A stretch of DNA of 64,000 bases, taken from Raillietiella orientalis (taxonomy: Eukaryota). Shown one piece after another: positions 51,701-64,000 of this stretch (position 1 is its first letter; the number at the start of each line of letters is the position of its first letter). The notes beneath the pieces are model-generated. The model saw nothing but the letters and a program-made list of their open reading frames with translations. It was not told where the DNA came from and made no database searches. Both the position numbers and the translations under genes were made by a program. The DNA is taken from positions 3,286,001 through 3,350,000 of the forward strand of contig JAYWIR010000021.1 in the NCBI GenBank assembly GCA_036172245.1, written 5' to 3'.

Positions 51701-54560
51701 TCCAGGACCAATCCTTGGCCTCCATGACCATCGGAAATGAACATCCCCAGGTCCTCCCCGTCTCCCTCCATCCTCGTGGACGTGAGGAATTTATTTCGTT
51801 TCGATTTCCCCAGTTTGTCTTCTTGTTATGAGGTTCGATTTTGTGGATACGGAATTGCGATGCCTCTGGCATCATATTCCACAGTTTCTGCCTCCTTTTT
51901 CCTCCGCGGCATCCCAAGGCCTGGAAAGCATTCCAGCCAGCGGTCACCAACGTCATTTCATGGTTTCGTAAAGATTTCGATCGGTTCTCCGAAGGAAGGG
52001 GATTTTCTTGAAAAATGAATGTGCATCTGCGAGATCTTCGTGCTTTTTTCGATTGCACACAGCATCGGTTGTCTGGGGAACAATCGACCTGTCTTTCTTT
52101 ACATCGGTGCCCTCAACATTTCCAGGTGGAAAAAAAAAACAAAAAACAAAAAAGAGAAAAAAAAAAAAAAAAAAGCAACAGAAGGAAAAACACTCCACAT
52201 CCACCTCTGGAAGCAGCGGGATCAGCATATATCCATCCATGGAGGCAGCCACAAAACGGCAAACTGTCGTGAAGGTAGGCCACTCGGAACAGTTCCAAGT
52301 TCAATTCTTCACTTCTGGATCCATCCTTCACACCGTCGATCTGTCCACCCCGACCACGCGGTTTCGCTTCCGCTGCTCCCTCCAGGACCAATCCTTGGCC
52401 TCCATGACCATCGGAAATGAACATCCCCCGGTCCTCCCCGTCTCCCTCCATCCTCGTGGACGTGCGGAATTTATTTCGTTTCGATTTCCCCAGTTTGTCT
52501 TCTTGTTATGAGGTTCGATTTTGTGGATGCGGCATTGCGATACCTCTGGCATCATATTCACAGTTTCTGCCTCCTTTTTCCCCCGCAGCATCCCAAGGCC
52601 TGGAAAGCATTCCAGCCAGCGGTCGCCAACGTCATTTCATGGTTTCATGCTTCGATCGGTTCTCCGAAGGAAAGGGGATTTTCTTGAAAAATGAATGTGC
52701 ATCTGCGAGTTCTTCGTGCTTTTTTCGATTGCACACAGCATCGGTTGTCTGGGGAACAATCGACCTGTCTTTCTTTACATCGGTGCCCTCAACATTTCCA
52801 GGTGGAAAAAAAAAACAAAAAACAAAAAAAAGAAAAAAAAAAAAAAAAAAGCAACAGAAGGAAAAACACTCCTCATCCACCTCTGGAAGCAGCGGGATCA
52901 GCATATATCCATCCCTGGAGACAGCCACAAGACGGCAAACTGTCGTGAAGGTAGGCCACTCGGAACAGTTGGTTCGTTCGCTTCACTTCTGGATCCATCC
53001 TTCACACCCGTCGATCTGTCCACCCCGACCACGCGGTTTCGCTTCCGCTGCTCCCTCCAGGACCAATCCTTGGCCTCCATGACCATCGGAAATGAACATC
53101 CCCAGGTCCTCCATGTCTCCCTCCATCCTCGTGGACGTGCGGAATTTATTTCGTTTCGATTTCCCCAGTTTGTCTTCTTGTTATGAGGTTCGATTTTGTG
53201 GATGCGGCATTGCGATGCCTCTGGCATCATATTCCACAGTTTCTGCCTCCTTTTTCCCCTGCGGCATCCCAAGGCCTGGAAAGCATTCCAGCCAGCGGTC
53301 GCCAACGTCATTTCATGGTTTCGTAAAGATTTCGATCGGTTCTCCGAAGGAAGGGGATTTTCTTGAAAAATGAATGTGCATCTGCGAGATCTTCGTGCTC
53401 TTTTCGATTGCACACAGCATCGGTTGTCTGGGGAACAATCGACCTGTCTTTCTTTACATCGGTGCCCTCAACATTTCCAGGTGGAAAAAAAAAAAAAAAA
53501 AAAGAAAAGGAAGAAAAAAAAAAAAAAAAAGCAACAGAAGGAAAAACACTCCTCATCCACCTCTGGAAGCAGCGGGATCAGGATATATCCATCCCTGGAG
53601 ACAGCCACAAGACGGCAAACTGTCGTGAAGGTAGGCCACTTGGAACAGTTGGTTCGCTCGCTTCACTTCTGGATCCATCCTTCACACCCGTAGATCTGTC
53701 CACCCAGACTACGCGGTTGCGCACCCGCTGCTCCCTCCAGGACCAATCCTTGCCCTCCATGACCATCGGAAATGAACATCCCCAGGTCCTCCCCGTCTCC
53801 CTCCATCCTCGTGGACGTTCGAAATTTATTTCGTTTCGATTTCCCCAATTTGTCTTCTTGTTATGAAGTTCGACTTTGTGGACGCGGCATTGCGATGCCT
53901 CTGGCATCATATTCCACAGTTTCTGCCTCCTTTTTCCCCCGCGGCATCCCAAGGCCTGGAAAGCATTCCAGCCAGCGGTCACCAACGTGATTTCATGGTT
54001 TCGTAAAGATTTCGATCGGTTCTCCGAAGGAAGGGGATTTTTTTGAAAAATGAATGTGCTTCTGCTAGATCTTCGTGCTCTTTTCGATTGCACACAGCAT
54101 CGGTTGTCTGGGGAACAATCGACCTGTCTTTCTTTACATCGGTGCCCTCAACATTTCTAGGTGGAGAAAAAAAAAAAAAATTGAAAAGGAAGAAAAAAAA
54201 AAAAAAAAAAGCAACAGAAGGAAAAACACTCCTGATCCACCTCTGGAAGCAGCGGGATCAGGATATATCCATCCCTGGAGACAGCCACAAGACGACAACC
54301 GGTCGTGAAGGTAGGCCACTTGGAACAGTTGGTTCGTTCGCTTCACTTCTGGATCCATCCTTCACACCCGTAGATCTCACCACCCCGTCCACGCGGTTTG
54401 GCTCCCGCTGCTCCCTCCTGGGGCAGTTTACCCCGTTCATGACTATTTGAAATTAACATCCCCATGTCCTCATCTTCTCCCCCCATCCTGTTGGATGTTT
54501 GGTATTCTTTTCCGGTAGATTTGACCAAAGTGTCCTATTCGTTGTGCAGTTGAATTTTGT
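48217..54560. repeat. Tandem array, 669-680 bp unit, 9 full copies plus a decaying tenth
   Basis: GTGAAGGTAGGC recurs at 48217, 48886, 49558, 50238, 50917, 51590, 52269, 52945, 53625 and 54305. Length differences come mainly from an internal A tract. Confidence 0.97.
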
Positions 54561-55399
54561 CCTCGAGGCGTGGCCCTCCATTTTGGCTGTAATTCCCCAC
54601 TTTTTTTCACTTTTTTCACGGGGATCTGAAAGTTATTGCAATTTCGCAACGTCGTTTTTGGGATTTGTGCAAATTTTGATTCTGTTGGAATGGCATTTTG
54701 TTGAAAACTTCAATCTGCATCTCGCTGACCAATTGACCATTGCTGTAGGGATTTGAATTTTTATCGGGAACTTCGTCACATAAATTGTTAAACAAAAGAA
54801 AATTGAAAAATGAATCTCAGAAAGAAAAAAAAAAGAAACGTAAAAAAAAAGAATTAAAAATCAAAGGCAACGAAAAAAAATGAAAAGCAAAAAAAGAAAA
54901 AAATGAAAAGAAAAGAACAAAAACATACGAAAAGAAAAAAAATCGATGAAAAAAAAGAAAAAAAAAGGAAAAGAAAAAAAAGAAAAAAAAGAAAAAAAAA
55001 GAAAAAAAAACAAAAAAAAAGAAACCCACCGATTTCGGACATCCCCACCTTCTTTTTAAAGCCCTTTTTTCATGGGGAAGGAACCCTGGAATTTTGGATC
55101 TTTAGGACAAACCTACTTTTGCTTCCACTGCACTCCCTGATGGACTGCACAGACGCACCCATGAAGACATAGCATCGCTTCCGCATCCTTCCACAACAAA
55201 AGCGCCCCTTTCCACTGGCGGGCGAACCCATTTCATGCAAACTATCCGTTTCTCTTCTTGGCAACCCAGAACCACCCACACGCCCCTTCCACTAGAGAGG
55301 ATCTTTGCATTGCCTTCAATTGGATTCCTTTCAAGCGTGACAGTGAAGTCGTTCCAACTTATACGGCAGACGATCTGGACCAGCAGGGCGATTGCCTTC

Positions 55400-57997
55400 G
55401 TCGTCTGTGGGCCGCCACGGCCAGCGGGCTCTCCGCGTTCCATGCTTCGCTTTGTGTCTTCTCACGTTTCCCTTGAAGAGTCGCTTCAGTTGGCCAACAA
55501 ACCATTATAGGAACATCTCGACGAATCTCTGCTCGCAGGCACGGCGACCCGTCGGGAGCTAACCTTCCCCCCGAGGAAGCTCCTCGACGAAAGTCCGTGA
55601 TGCGCTTTTCTCCCTTTTTCCTCCTCCAGAGTTGCACTTGGCGTGCCAAGTGGAGTGAGCTTCGAAGTCACTACGATCGAACACCCATCATTGGAATTCC
55701 CAGTTTCTGGATGCGCTGCTTGGTCCCTGATCCCCCATCGGAACATGCCGCTGCCAGGTTGCCGCTCCCCTTGACGGTTGAGGCGCTGTTTGCCCCGGCA
55801 CGCCTCTTCCGTGCGTCCTGCTGAGCTCCGCGCTCGCTACCGCCGAGCGGGCCTGTTGCTCTAAGGCGAGCTTTCCCTTCCTGTTTCTCCAAACCCAATC
55901 CTAGGATACTTCCCCTCCTTGCAAGTTCCCACTTCAGTTGCTTCCCATTCCGCACTTCGTCGTCTGGAGCGTGAAAGTGCAAGCGTTGTGGTGCATCTGG
56001 AAGTAGTTCCGGACGGCCGAGTTGCCCCGGCGATTCCGCCGGTCGTCTGTGGGCCGCCACGGCCAGCGGGCTCTCCGCGTTCCATGCTTCGCTTTGTGTC
56101 TTCCCACGTTTCCCTTGAAGAGTCGCGTCAGTTGGCCAAAAAACCATTATAGGAACATCTCGACGAATCTCTCCTCGCAGGCACGGCGACCCCTCGGGAG
56201 CTAACCTTCCCCCCGAGGAAGCTCCTCGACGAAAGTCCGTGATGCGCTTTTCTCCCTTTTCCCTCCTCCAGAGTTGCACTTGGCGTGCCAAGTGGAGTGA
56301 GCTTCGAAGTCACTACGATCGACCACCCAACATTGGAATTCCCAGTTTCTGGATGCGCTGCTTGGTCCCTGATCCCCCATCGGAACATACCGCTGCCAGG
56401 TTGCCGCTCCCCTTGACGGTTGAGGCGCTGTTTCCCCCGGCACGCCTCTTCCGTGCGTCCTGCTGAGCTCAGCGCTCGCTACCGCCGAGCGGGCCTGTTG
56501 CTCTAAGGCGAGCTTTTCCTTCCTGTTTCTCCAGACCCAATCCTAGGATACTTCTCCTCCTTGCAAGTTCCCACTTCCCTTGCTTCCCATTCCGCACTTC
56601 GTCGTCTGGAGCGTGAAAGTGCATGCGTTGTGGTGCATCTGAAAGTAGTTCCGGTCGGCCGAGTTGCCCCGGCGATTCCGCCGGTCGTCTGTGGGCCGCC
56701 ACGGCCAGCGGGCTCTCCGCGTTCCATGCTTCGCTTTGTGTCTTCTCACGTTTCCCTTGAAGAGTCGCTTCAGTTGGCCAACAAACCATTATAGGAACAT
56801 CTCGACGAATCTCTCCTCGCAGGCACGGCGACCCATCGGGAGCTAACCTTCCCCCCGAGGAAGCTCCTCGACGAAAGTCCGTGATGCGCTTTTCTCCCTT
56901 TTCCCTCCTCTAGAGTTGCACTTGGCGTGCCAAGTGGAGTGAGCTTCGAAGTCACTGCGATCGAACACCCATCATTGGAATTCCCAGTTTCTGGATGCGC
57001 TTCTTGGTCCGTGATCCCCCATCGGAACATGCCGCTGCCAGGTTGCCGCTCCCCTTGACGGTTGAGGCGCTGTTTGCCCCGGCACGCCTCTTCCGTGCGT
57101 CCTGCTGAGCTCAGCGCTCGCTACCGCCGAGCGGGCCTGTTGCTCTAAGGCGAGCTTTTCCTTCCTGTTTCTCCAGACCCAATCCTAGGATACTTCTCCT
57201 CCTTGCAAGTTCCCACTTCCCTTGCTTCCCATTCCGCACTTCGTCGTCTGGAGCGTGAAAGTGCAAGCGTTGTGGTGCATCTGGAAGTAGTTCCGGTCGG
57301 CCGAGTTGCCCCGGGGATTCCGCCGGTCGTCTGTGGGCCGCCACGGCCAGCGGGCTCTCCGCGTTCCATGCTTCGCTTTGTGTCTTCTCACGTTTCCCTT
57401 GAAGAGTCGCTTCAGTTGGCCAACAAACCATTATAGGAACATCTCGACGAATCTCTCCTCGCAGTGCGTCCCACCCATCAGGAGCTAACCTTCCCCCGAG
57501 GAAGCTCCTCGACGAAAGTCCGTGATGCGCTTTTCTCCCTTTTCCCTCCTCTAGAGTTGCACTTGGCGTGCCAAGTGGAGTGAGCTTCGAAGTCACTGCG
57601 ATCGAACACCCATCATTGGAATTCCCAGTTTCTGGATGCGCTGCTTGGTCCGTGATCCCCCATCGGAACATGCCGCTGCCAGGTTGCCGCTGCCCTTGAC
57701 GGTTTAGGCGCTGTTTGCCCCGGCACGCCTCTTCCGTGCGTCCTGCTGAGCTCAGCGCTCGCTACCGCCGAGCGGGCCTGTTGCTCTAAGGCGAGCTTTT
57801 CCTTCCTGTTTCTCCAGACCCAATCCTAGGATACTTCTCCTCCTTGCAAGTTCCCACTTCCCTTGCTTCCCATTCCGCACTTCATTGTCTGAAGCGTGAA
57901 AGTGCAAGCGTTGTGGTTCATCTGGAAGTAGTTCTGGTCGGCCGAGTTGCCCCTGCGATTCCGCCGGTCGTCTGTGGGCCGCCACGGCCAGCGGGCT
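55400..57997. repeat. Tandem array, 642 bp GC-rich unit, 4 copies plus ~30 bp
   Basis: GTCGTCTGTGGGCCGCCACGG recurs at 55400, 56042, 56684, 57326 and 57967. Confidence 0.97.
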
Positions 57998-59092
57998 CGT
58001 TTATCTTGGCGACCACGTTCTTTCCCAAGGGGCGGCGGTCGTTGTGGGTGCCTGCCTTCCTGTTTTGATGCTTTTAAGTTCTTTGCTGCTTTGCTTTTTT
58101 GTTTGTTTGCTTTGATTTGTGCTTTTTTTTTTACTGATCGCTTGATTTTTCTGCAGTGGTGTCTGTGGTGTCCTGGGTGCTGTTTTTCTCGGGTTTTACC
58201 TGAGTTCGTGGTTGTGGATTTCGTTTTTGGATGTTGTTTTGTCTGTGTGCTTAAGCACAGACTGGAATGCTCTTTTCTCGGGTGATTTGCTTTTTTTTTT
58301 GTTTTGCTCACCCGAATTTTTTGTGTGTTTGGTGATGTTCTCATGGTTTTTGTGGATTTGGATTTGTTTTCCTTTGGGTCTCCTTGTTGGTGATTTTTGT
58401 TTGGATTGCTCTCCAAAGTGTTTGGGATTTTTTTATTTTGTCTTCTCTTCAGCCTGGTTGTTTCGGTGGCTGACTGTGAGCTTTCTGCATTACGTGGTTG
58501 TGATCTGATGGCTACGTCTGTTTTTTTTGTTTCTTGTGCATGGTTGGCTGAATGCCTACCCATGTGACGTTTTGGCTGTCCCCGTGTCTGCTGTTGACAC
58601 TTTTTTTTTTGGTTTTGCTGAATTGTTTTTGTTGTTCCTCATTCTCATTCTCTGTGCCCTCCCTTGGTTTTTGTTTTCCCTTGTACCCCTTCCCCCTCCC
58701 TTTTTTTTTTTTTGATTTTTTTGATCCATCAACATGGGAAGGATTTTTTTACTGTGGATCACTCCTGGAGAAGAGCTTTGGCACATATGGAGCATCGATT
58801 CTGAAGGACCTGCTGCTGAAAATTCCTGGAAGTTGTTGGTGGTGAGTTGTTTCTGATGCTTGTCTCATTGCCTTGATGTTTAGTTTAGTTGATTTTCATT
58901 TAAATACTTGTAAATGTGGTTTTGTGATAGAAAACAAAAATCTCATTTTTTGTGGTAAGTTGGAGTATTTTCAAGGAATTATATTCATCGCAAACGTACT
59001 TACTTCATTTTGTTGCAGAACTTCATGTTGTTTGAAATTTTCTTTCCAGGAACTGAAAGACATTGATTAGTCTCGGTTTCCTTTTTTCACAG

Positions 59093-59474
59093 GTCAAGCG
59101 CAGAAAAGCAAACGCTCTTTGGAAAGGACCACGAAATGCCAGTCTGAGTTGACCCACATTGCACATGTCACATTATCTTTGGAAATCCTGCTGGACATAG
59201 TGCTCAATTACGTGGAAAAAGATATTCGAGGAAATGCTACGCCAGATAATGAAGTTGGGAGATTGCTTTTGAAACCCGTCGTTTCCGTACCTAAGATGAA
59301 TCCAGAAGAATTTGAGGAGATGTTAAACACCAATGTCAAGTTCTGGAAAGGAAAAGGAAATCGTCTTCATGGTGTTTTGATCTGGATTTGCTGATGATTA
59401 TTTATTCGTGTCGATTGTGTAGAACTGGAATGTTGGTCAAAGAAAAGCTGTGTTTACTAGATGCTGCAAGATGA
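59093..59474 (+). pseudogene. EIF3F: Translation initiation factor eIF3 subunit F, 3' exons (damaged copy or error-rich sequence)
   Basis: 'LDIVLNYVEKDIRGNATPDNEVGRLLLKPVVSVPKMNPEEFEEMLNTNVK' is followed, after a 44-nt gap (59341-59384), by 'DLLMIIYSCRLCRTGMLVKEKL...*'. This matches the eIF3f C-terminal helices (DNTVGRFL...VPK...FETMLNSN..DLLMVTYL). TGA overlaps AATAAA. Upstream exons at ~58745-59070 look degraded. Confidence 0.8.
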
Positions 59475-61789
59475 ATAAATTCTTTCGAACAATTTTGGCT
59501 TTCCAAGTTTTTTATTGAAGAGTGAGATACAGTTGAAATGGGTAGCATTTTCATTTTTTATGGGGATTGATCTACGTATGCATGATGACATTCACAAAGA
59601 AAAAGGTGTTTGACAAGAATTCAAGTGTCAGCTTGCGACAAAACTTTAGAAAAGTGCATGGTGCCGTGACATTGCGATGGGAAACGTCAGTATGCTTGCT
59701 GCTCACGGTCTGCTCGTCTGAAGGTCTCCGTAATAGTTGACTGCATGGTTTTACAGGAATACTGTTGTTGAGATTGGAAACTCACTTCCTGCAGTCCCAA
59801 AGTGATGACAACCTGCATGTTTGAGCATCCGTGTGTCTTGTCAAAGCACAAAACAGCTCAGGCGCGTGCATCCGATGTGTGCTGCGCATGAGTGCAATCT
59901 GTCCTTTTTTCCATGTTGCAAAAGCTAAGGATGAAGTGGATGGTGTGGATGACAGGAACATGTTGAAACAGCTGTGCTACTTCAAAGTCAGACGGTGCAA
60001 CAGAACATTGCTTCAGGAGCGTGGAGCATCCTCACCGGCATCTCGTTTAGAAAGACTGAATGGAAGATTTCTGGGAGATTTTCGTGGACAATTATTCGGC
60101 AGCGTGGTTTCGATTCAACGCGTAAATGCTCAGCGCAGTGGCATGTGAAATACCATTCTCAGGTGACATTGGTTCCAATAAATCTTCAGTGGAATAAGGG
60201 ATGGTACAGCGGTCGCTTGCCATTTTCTCGTAGTAGCGGTCCATGTTGAGGAAGATGATGAAGCGAGGTGGATCGTATAATTTAAGGTGACATTGATGTT
60301 TTAGTGAAGCGCAGCATTCCGTTTTATCGGCTTTCCATAATTCCGTAGTTGATGTGGTCGTGTGAGGAGGTCCAGCATGATGATTTTTTCTCCCTTCCGC
60401 GTGTGGGCGGCGCCGGTCTTTTTGCGATTGGTTAAGTACGGTGCGTCGCATTTGATATGTTTAGCTGCTGTGGTTTTTCCCCAGCTTCCTTGGTAGTCGG
60501 TGTACCAATGTGTATTTCAGTGGTCGGGTTCTCTTTGCATGAGGCCTATGTAGGTTTTTTTTTGCCATAGTTGTAATCTTTTGAGGATCATTGGATTGTT
60601 TGTAGAGTAGGATTTTCCGAGTCTTATGCTGTCGATGTTGAAGGCTTTCTGTTTTTCGAATGGTTGTGGTTGGTTTTCCCGTAAATATTTTTCTGTTCTT
60701 TCCTTTTTTTCTGTATGCGATGATCTGAAATGCATTGTGTTCATTTGTCCTTGTATTCGATGTACTTGATCTGTATAGTAGGAGCTAGTCTGCCTCTTTC
60801 GCATGCTTGCTGGTCTCTTTGTGGTGAGGATTTCCTTTGGCGGTTTCGGCGGGAGCTCTTGAGAAACGTTGGATTCGTTTTATCTGAGGTATCGTGGAGG
60901 GTATCGCTGTTTGGAAGCATCCCTGGAGATGCGGGGTTGCTGTTGAGCTTCCTTCTTCACCGAGGATTGCGTGCTTTCCTTTTCGAAGTGACCTTTCCTG
61001 CGTTTGTTCTGCGGTTGTCCAGTTGTTTGAGGTGAAGCACCGCCGCGTGCACTTTGCGTACGGCATGTTGGAACTCTTTGGTGCGGGTGTTTTCGGTTTG
61101 ATACGGTTTTGAAAGTGCCGAGGTCAGGGTCACCCTCTGCTGTTTCCAAGTGGTTTTTGCGTAGTCGGTGTCAAATTGGAGGAATGTGAGGGTCAGGGGG
61201 TTCGTATTCTCTTTGTTCCCTTCATTTTGGAATGCATTAGGATACAAGAGGTTGCGGTGTGAGGATGCCTGTTGCAACACGTGCACCTCATCGTGCTGAT
61301 CTTAGGAATGTTTGTTTACGTAAACAGCGTCGTAGACGTCGTGCATTGCATTCTCCTGGTAATCATCGTAAGCGTAATTCTATGAGGAGGCGCGTTAATG
61401 ATCGTGGCAATTTTGGACGTGCTTCCTCCTGGATTGGGAATGTGTTGCGTTCTGGTGCGCGTATTCGGTTTAGGGATTTCGGTTTCACGGAGGGTGCTTA
61501 TACTGTTCGTCAAGAGCTGAGGCCTGTTGGCAGTGAAGGTTATTATGCCGATTTCCATAATAACTTTGCAACCACTTACGGAAACTTTTTCTGATCAAAA
61601 AGAGTCGAATGTGTTGAATTCTGAAGTAGGTGGAGACTATATATGTAGAATAATTATGTTGTTGTGACAAATCCCGGATAGGAGGAAGATTTTGCGAATA
61701 TGAAAAATCATGGTGATTCCTAAGGAATGTGGAATCAGCTGACTTGGCAGCAAAACAGATCTCCTGTGTTTCGTAAATTCTGCCTGAGG

Positions 61790-63350
61790 AAGCGCCGGGT
61801 GCCTTGGCGGTCGCATTCGACCTTCACAAGACGTTCGATTGCGTAAACCAAAGACTCCTCTTGGAGCTCTTGGAACGCCTCGGTCTCCCGGCGCAACTCC
61901 TGCATTACTTGCGCGCTTGCTGGCGCCACGCGCTAACGTGCATTTCTTTTAGTGGCTGCCACGTGTACGGTATTCCCGTACCCAGGAGCATCAGGCAAGG
62001 CGACAGTTTAAGTCCGTTGCTCTTTAGCATCTTGTTTGAGTTGGTGCTGAGGGCGTATAGGGTGACGCTGGAGTACCGGCCTAGCTCATGCCCGGGAACG
62101 CCTGCCGTGGCTGCCTACGCTGATGACTTGCTTCTTCTGCTCCCCATGTCCACCCCGACGTCCAGTGTCGAAGATTTCTTCGAACTGATCCGTCGGGTGC
62201 GGTCGTGAGCGTCAACAGAGGAAAGAGCGTGGTCGTTCCTGTGGGAGCGTCGTGGGAGGGGCAGCCCGACTGGATCCGCCTGGGGATCCACACGGCAGGG
62301 TATTTAAAGTACCTTGGAGTTCCGCTGGGCGACTCGGCACAGCCGAGGCGTCGTCGGGCTGCCTTCATAAGGCAGAGTTGGCCGCCAGCCCGTTCATTAA
62401 GGGCAGGTTTACCTTGCCGGAACGGGCGGCTATCAGAAATACCTTTGTGGCCCCCCTCCTCCGCCCCCCGTTTTTTGTTTTGAACCCCCCTTACGCGGCC
62501 AAAGAGCGGGCAAAACGCCTGCTAAGGAACGCTCTCTGGGGTCCGGGGCGATCCAGGATCCTCCTGAAAGGCCTGACGGCTCCATGTCGCGATGCCGGTC
62601 TTGGTATCCTGACGATGGAGCGGATCGGACTGCAAGTGCAGTTTCGGATGCTGGCACTGTGTGCCGAGCTATGGACTTCTCCCCTGTGTGCGCCCGCGCG
62701 CATCCTCCTACGGAGGTGTGCCGGAAGCGAAGGACTTCTTTCCTTGCTGCCAGGCATGCGTCACAGGAGACAGGGATTTGGCTATCCTTTGAGGCAGCTC
62801 ACCACCTTGTTGGAAGCAAATAGATGGATTTCCTGCCGCCCAATGAACTACAATGCATGGCGGCAGGAATCCATTGATTCCTTGGCTGCATTCTTAGGAA
62901 TGAGCCACGAAAATCTTAGCCCCCTGCGTCACTTTCAACCTTGGTCACTCCAAAATGTGATGCAGGACGAGGTGAGGTTTTCCGCTTTGGCCATCACGCC
63001 CCTTGCCGAAGCATTGTCTGTCCTCGAGGTTCGAGAAGACAGTAGCCATCCGGGAAGGTGGGAGTTCTCCTGCACCATTGCAGGAAGAACGAAAGCACTT
63101 GTCCAATGGGCCACGAGCGAGCTTGCGGATGCCGCCACCCCTCGTGCTACGCCAAAAGGGTTACTTCGGTGGGGAGAAACTCTTGGTGTTGGAGGAACTT
63201 ATAATCCCTCCCTGGTGTTTGGACGGCTCGGTGTTTCCCCTTGCATGGAAGCAAGACGTCTTGCTCTTCTTGCACTGGGGCTTGCGCTACAACGAACGGC
63301 GCCACCGAGCTTGCGGTGGGGTGGCTTCACCCTACTGTGCACGATGCGGC
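61790..63350 (+). mobile_element. Family A ORF2 fragment: RT core through C-terminal CxxC, frameshifted
   Basis: FDLHKTFDCV, IRQGDSLSPLLF, AAYADDLL and YLKYLGVPLG. ORF 62252-63400 is homologous to 41875-43335. Homology ends at 'CARCG'. Confidence 0.9.
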
Positions 63351-63450
63351 CCACCTCCGCCGTGGTCGCACGCGTTTTTGGTGAGCTCCAGCGAGCGTAA
63401 TCAAAAGCAGTTTTTTGTGAGTGCGGAAGTGCGGTCGTTGGAGGGCAGAA

Positions 63451-64000
63451 ATGCCTGAAGACGCCGCAACACCTGCGACGGGAGACGTGAGGCCCACGTC
63501 TCCCCAACCTATGGAGGTGGGGTCATGCCCCACCAGAAAATCAGCCCCCGCCACCCCGGCGAGGGCGTGGAACAAGGTGGCAGCGGCGGCTCCGCCGGAC
63601 GTGGCCGCCGAAGTGCAGGCCTACATAAAGGAGGGCTACAACCCAGCCCTCCTTTACAAGGTAGGAAATCTTTATTCTCCGCTTACCACGCGGAAATTTG
63701 GAAACGCCATCCGTAGGATGGGAATCTCTGACGAGGAGATTCTTTGCTTCTCGATTCGGAGCGGCGGGCAGTTCGCGGAGCTGATCTGCAAAGATGCAGC
63801 GCTCACACACAAACTGCTCTGCACGCCCGTTCCGTTCGAAGGGCGGAATCTCCTCCCACACACGGTGGATCACTCTATGGTGATCCACCTCACTGGTACA
63901 ACGGTGCGGATGACCGAGGAAGCCATCCGCACTGAAATCAACAAGTTCGCGGAGATATACGCGATGTGGTCGAAGCCCAACGCCTTTACTTATCGAGGCG
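63451..64000 (+). CDS. Family A ORF1, second copy, open to window end (absent from the ORF track)
   Basis: My translation from ATG 63451 gives 183 stop-free codons: MPEDAATP...PMEVG...WNKVAAAAP...YIKEGYNPALLYKVGNLYSP...IRSGGQFAELICK... This matches the 40606 ORF (YVEEGYKPSLLYKVGNLYSP, IRSGGQYVEVICK). Confidence 0.9.
   Translation, partial: MPEDAATPATGDVRPTSPQPMEVGSCPTRKSAPATPARAWNKVAAAAPPDVAAEVQAYIKEGYNPALLYKVGNLYSPLTTRKFGNAIRRMGISDEEILCFSIRSGGQFAELICKDAALTHKLLCTPVPFEGRNLLPHTVDHSMVIHLTGTTVRMTEEAIRTEINKFAEIYAMWSKPNAFTYRG

Noticed and set aside
54780..55030. Lys-rich and Phe-rich ORFs
   Set aside because: Translations of an A-rich low-complexity, probably low-quality tract.
48217..57997. Tandem arrays as CRISPR, rDNA/5S or snRNA clusters
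   Set aside because: Whole units repeat with no unique spacers, and I recognise no rRNA, tRNA, snRNA or spliced-leader sequence.

Overview
Eukaryotic, animal-like sequence with short GT-AG introns, dominated by decayed mobile DNA. It has one intact-looking multi-exon typical 2-Cys peroxiredoxin gene (minus strand, 25.7-26.9 kb) in an AT-rich island. Damaged host-gene copies include a cyclase-associated protein (CAP), eIF3f, and possibly a protein kinase and Nup96. There is one near full-length but disrupted L1/Tx1-type non-LTR retrotransposon ('family B', 34.6-40.0 kb). At least 11 pieces of a second L1/Tx1-type family ('family A') cluster on each other and include two open ORF1 copies. A TTAA-flanked piggyBac-like MITE and two large tandem arrays (~676 bp x 9+, 642 bp x 4) are also present. 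The most interesting signal is in family A. Six diverged copies share a covarying 3'-UTR RNA module, the copies end in AATAAA plus a small hairpin rather than a poly(A) tail, one 3' end joins head-to-tail onto an intact 5' end/ORF1, and one copy has twin-priming-like 5' inversion geometry. Several garbled, strand-skewed stretches look like low-quality long-read sequence, so some stops and frameshifts may be errors. All protein identifications rest on motifs recognised by eye; no database search was run.
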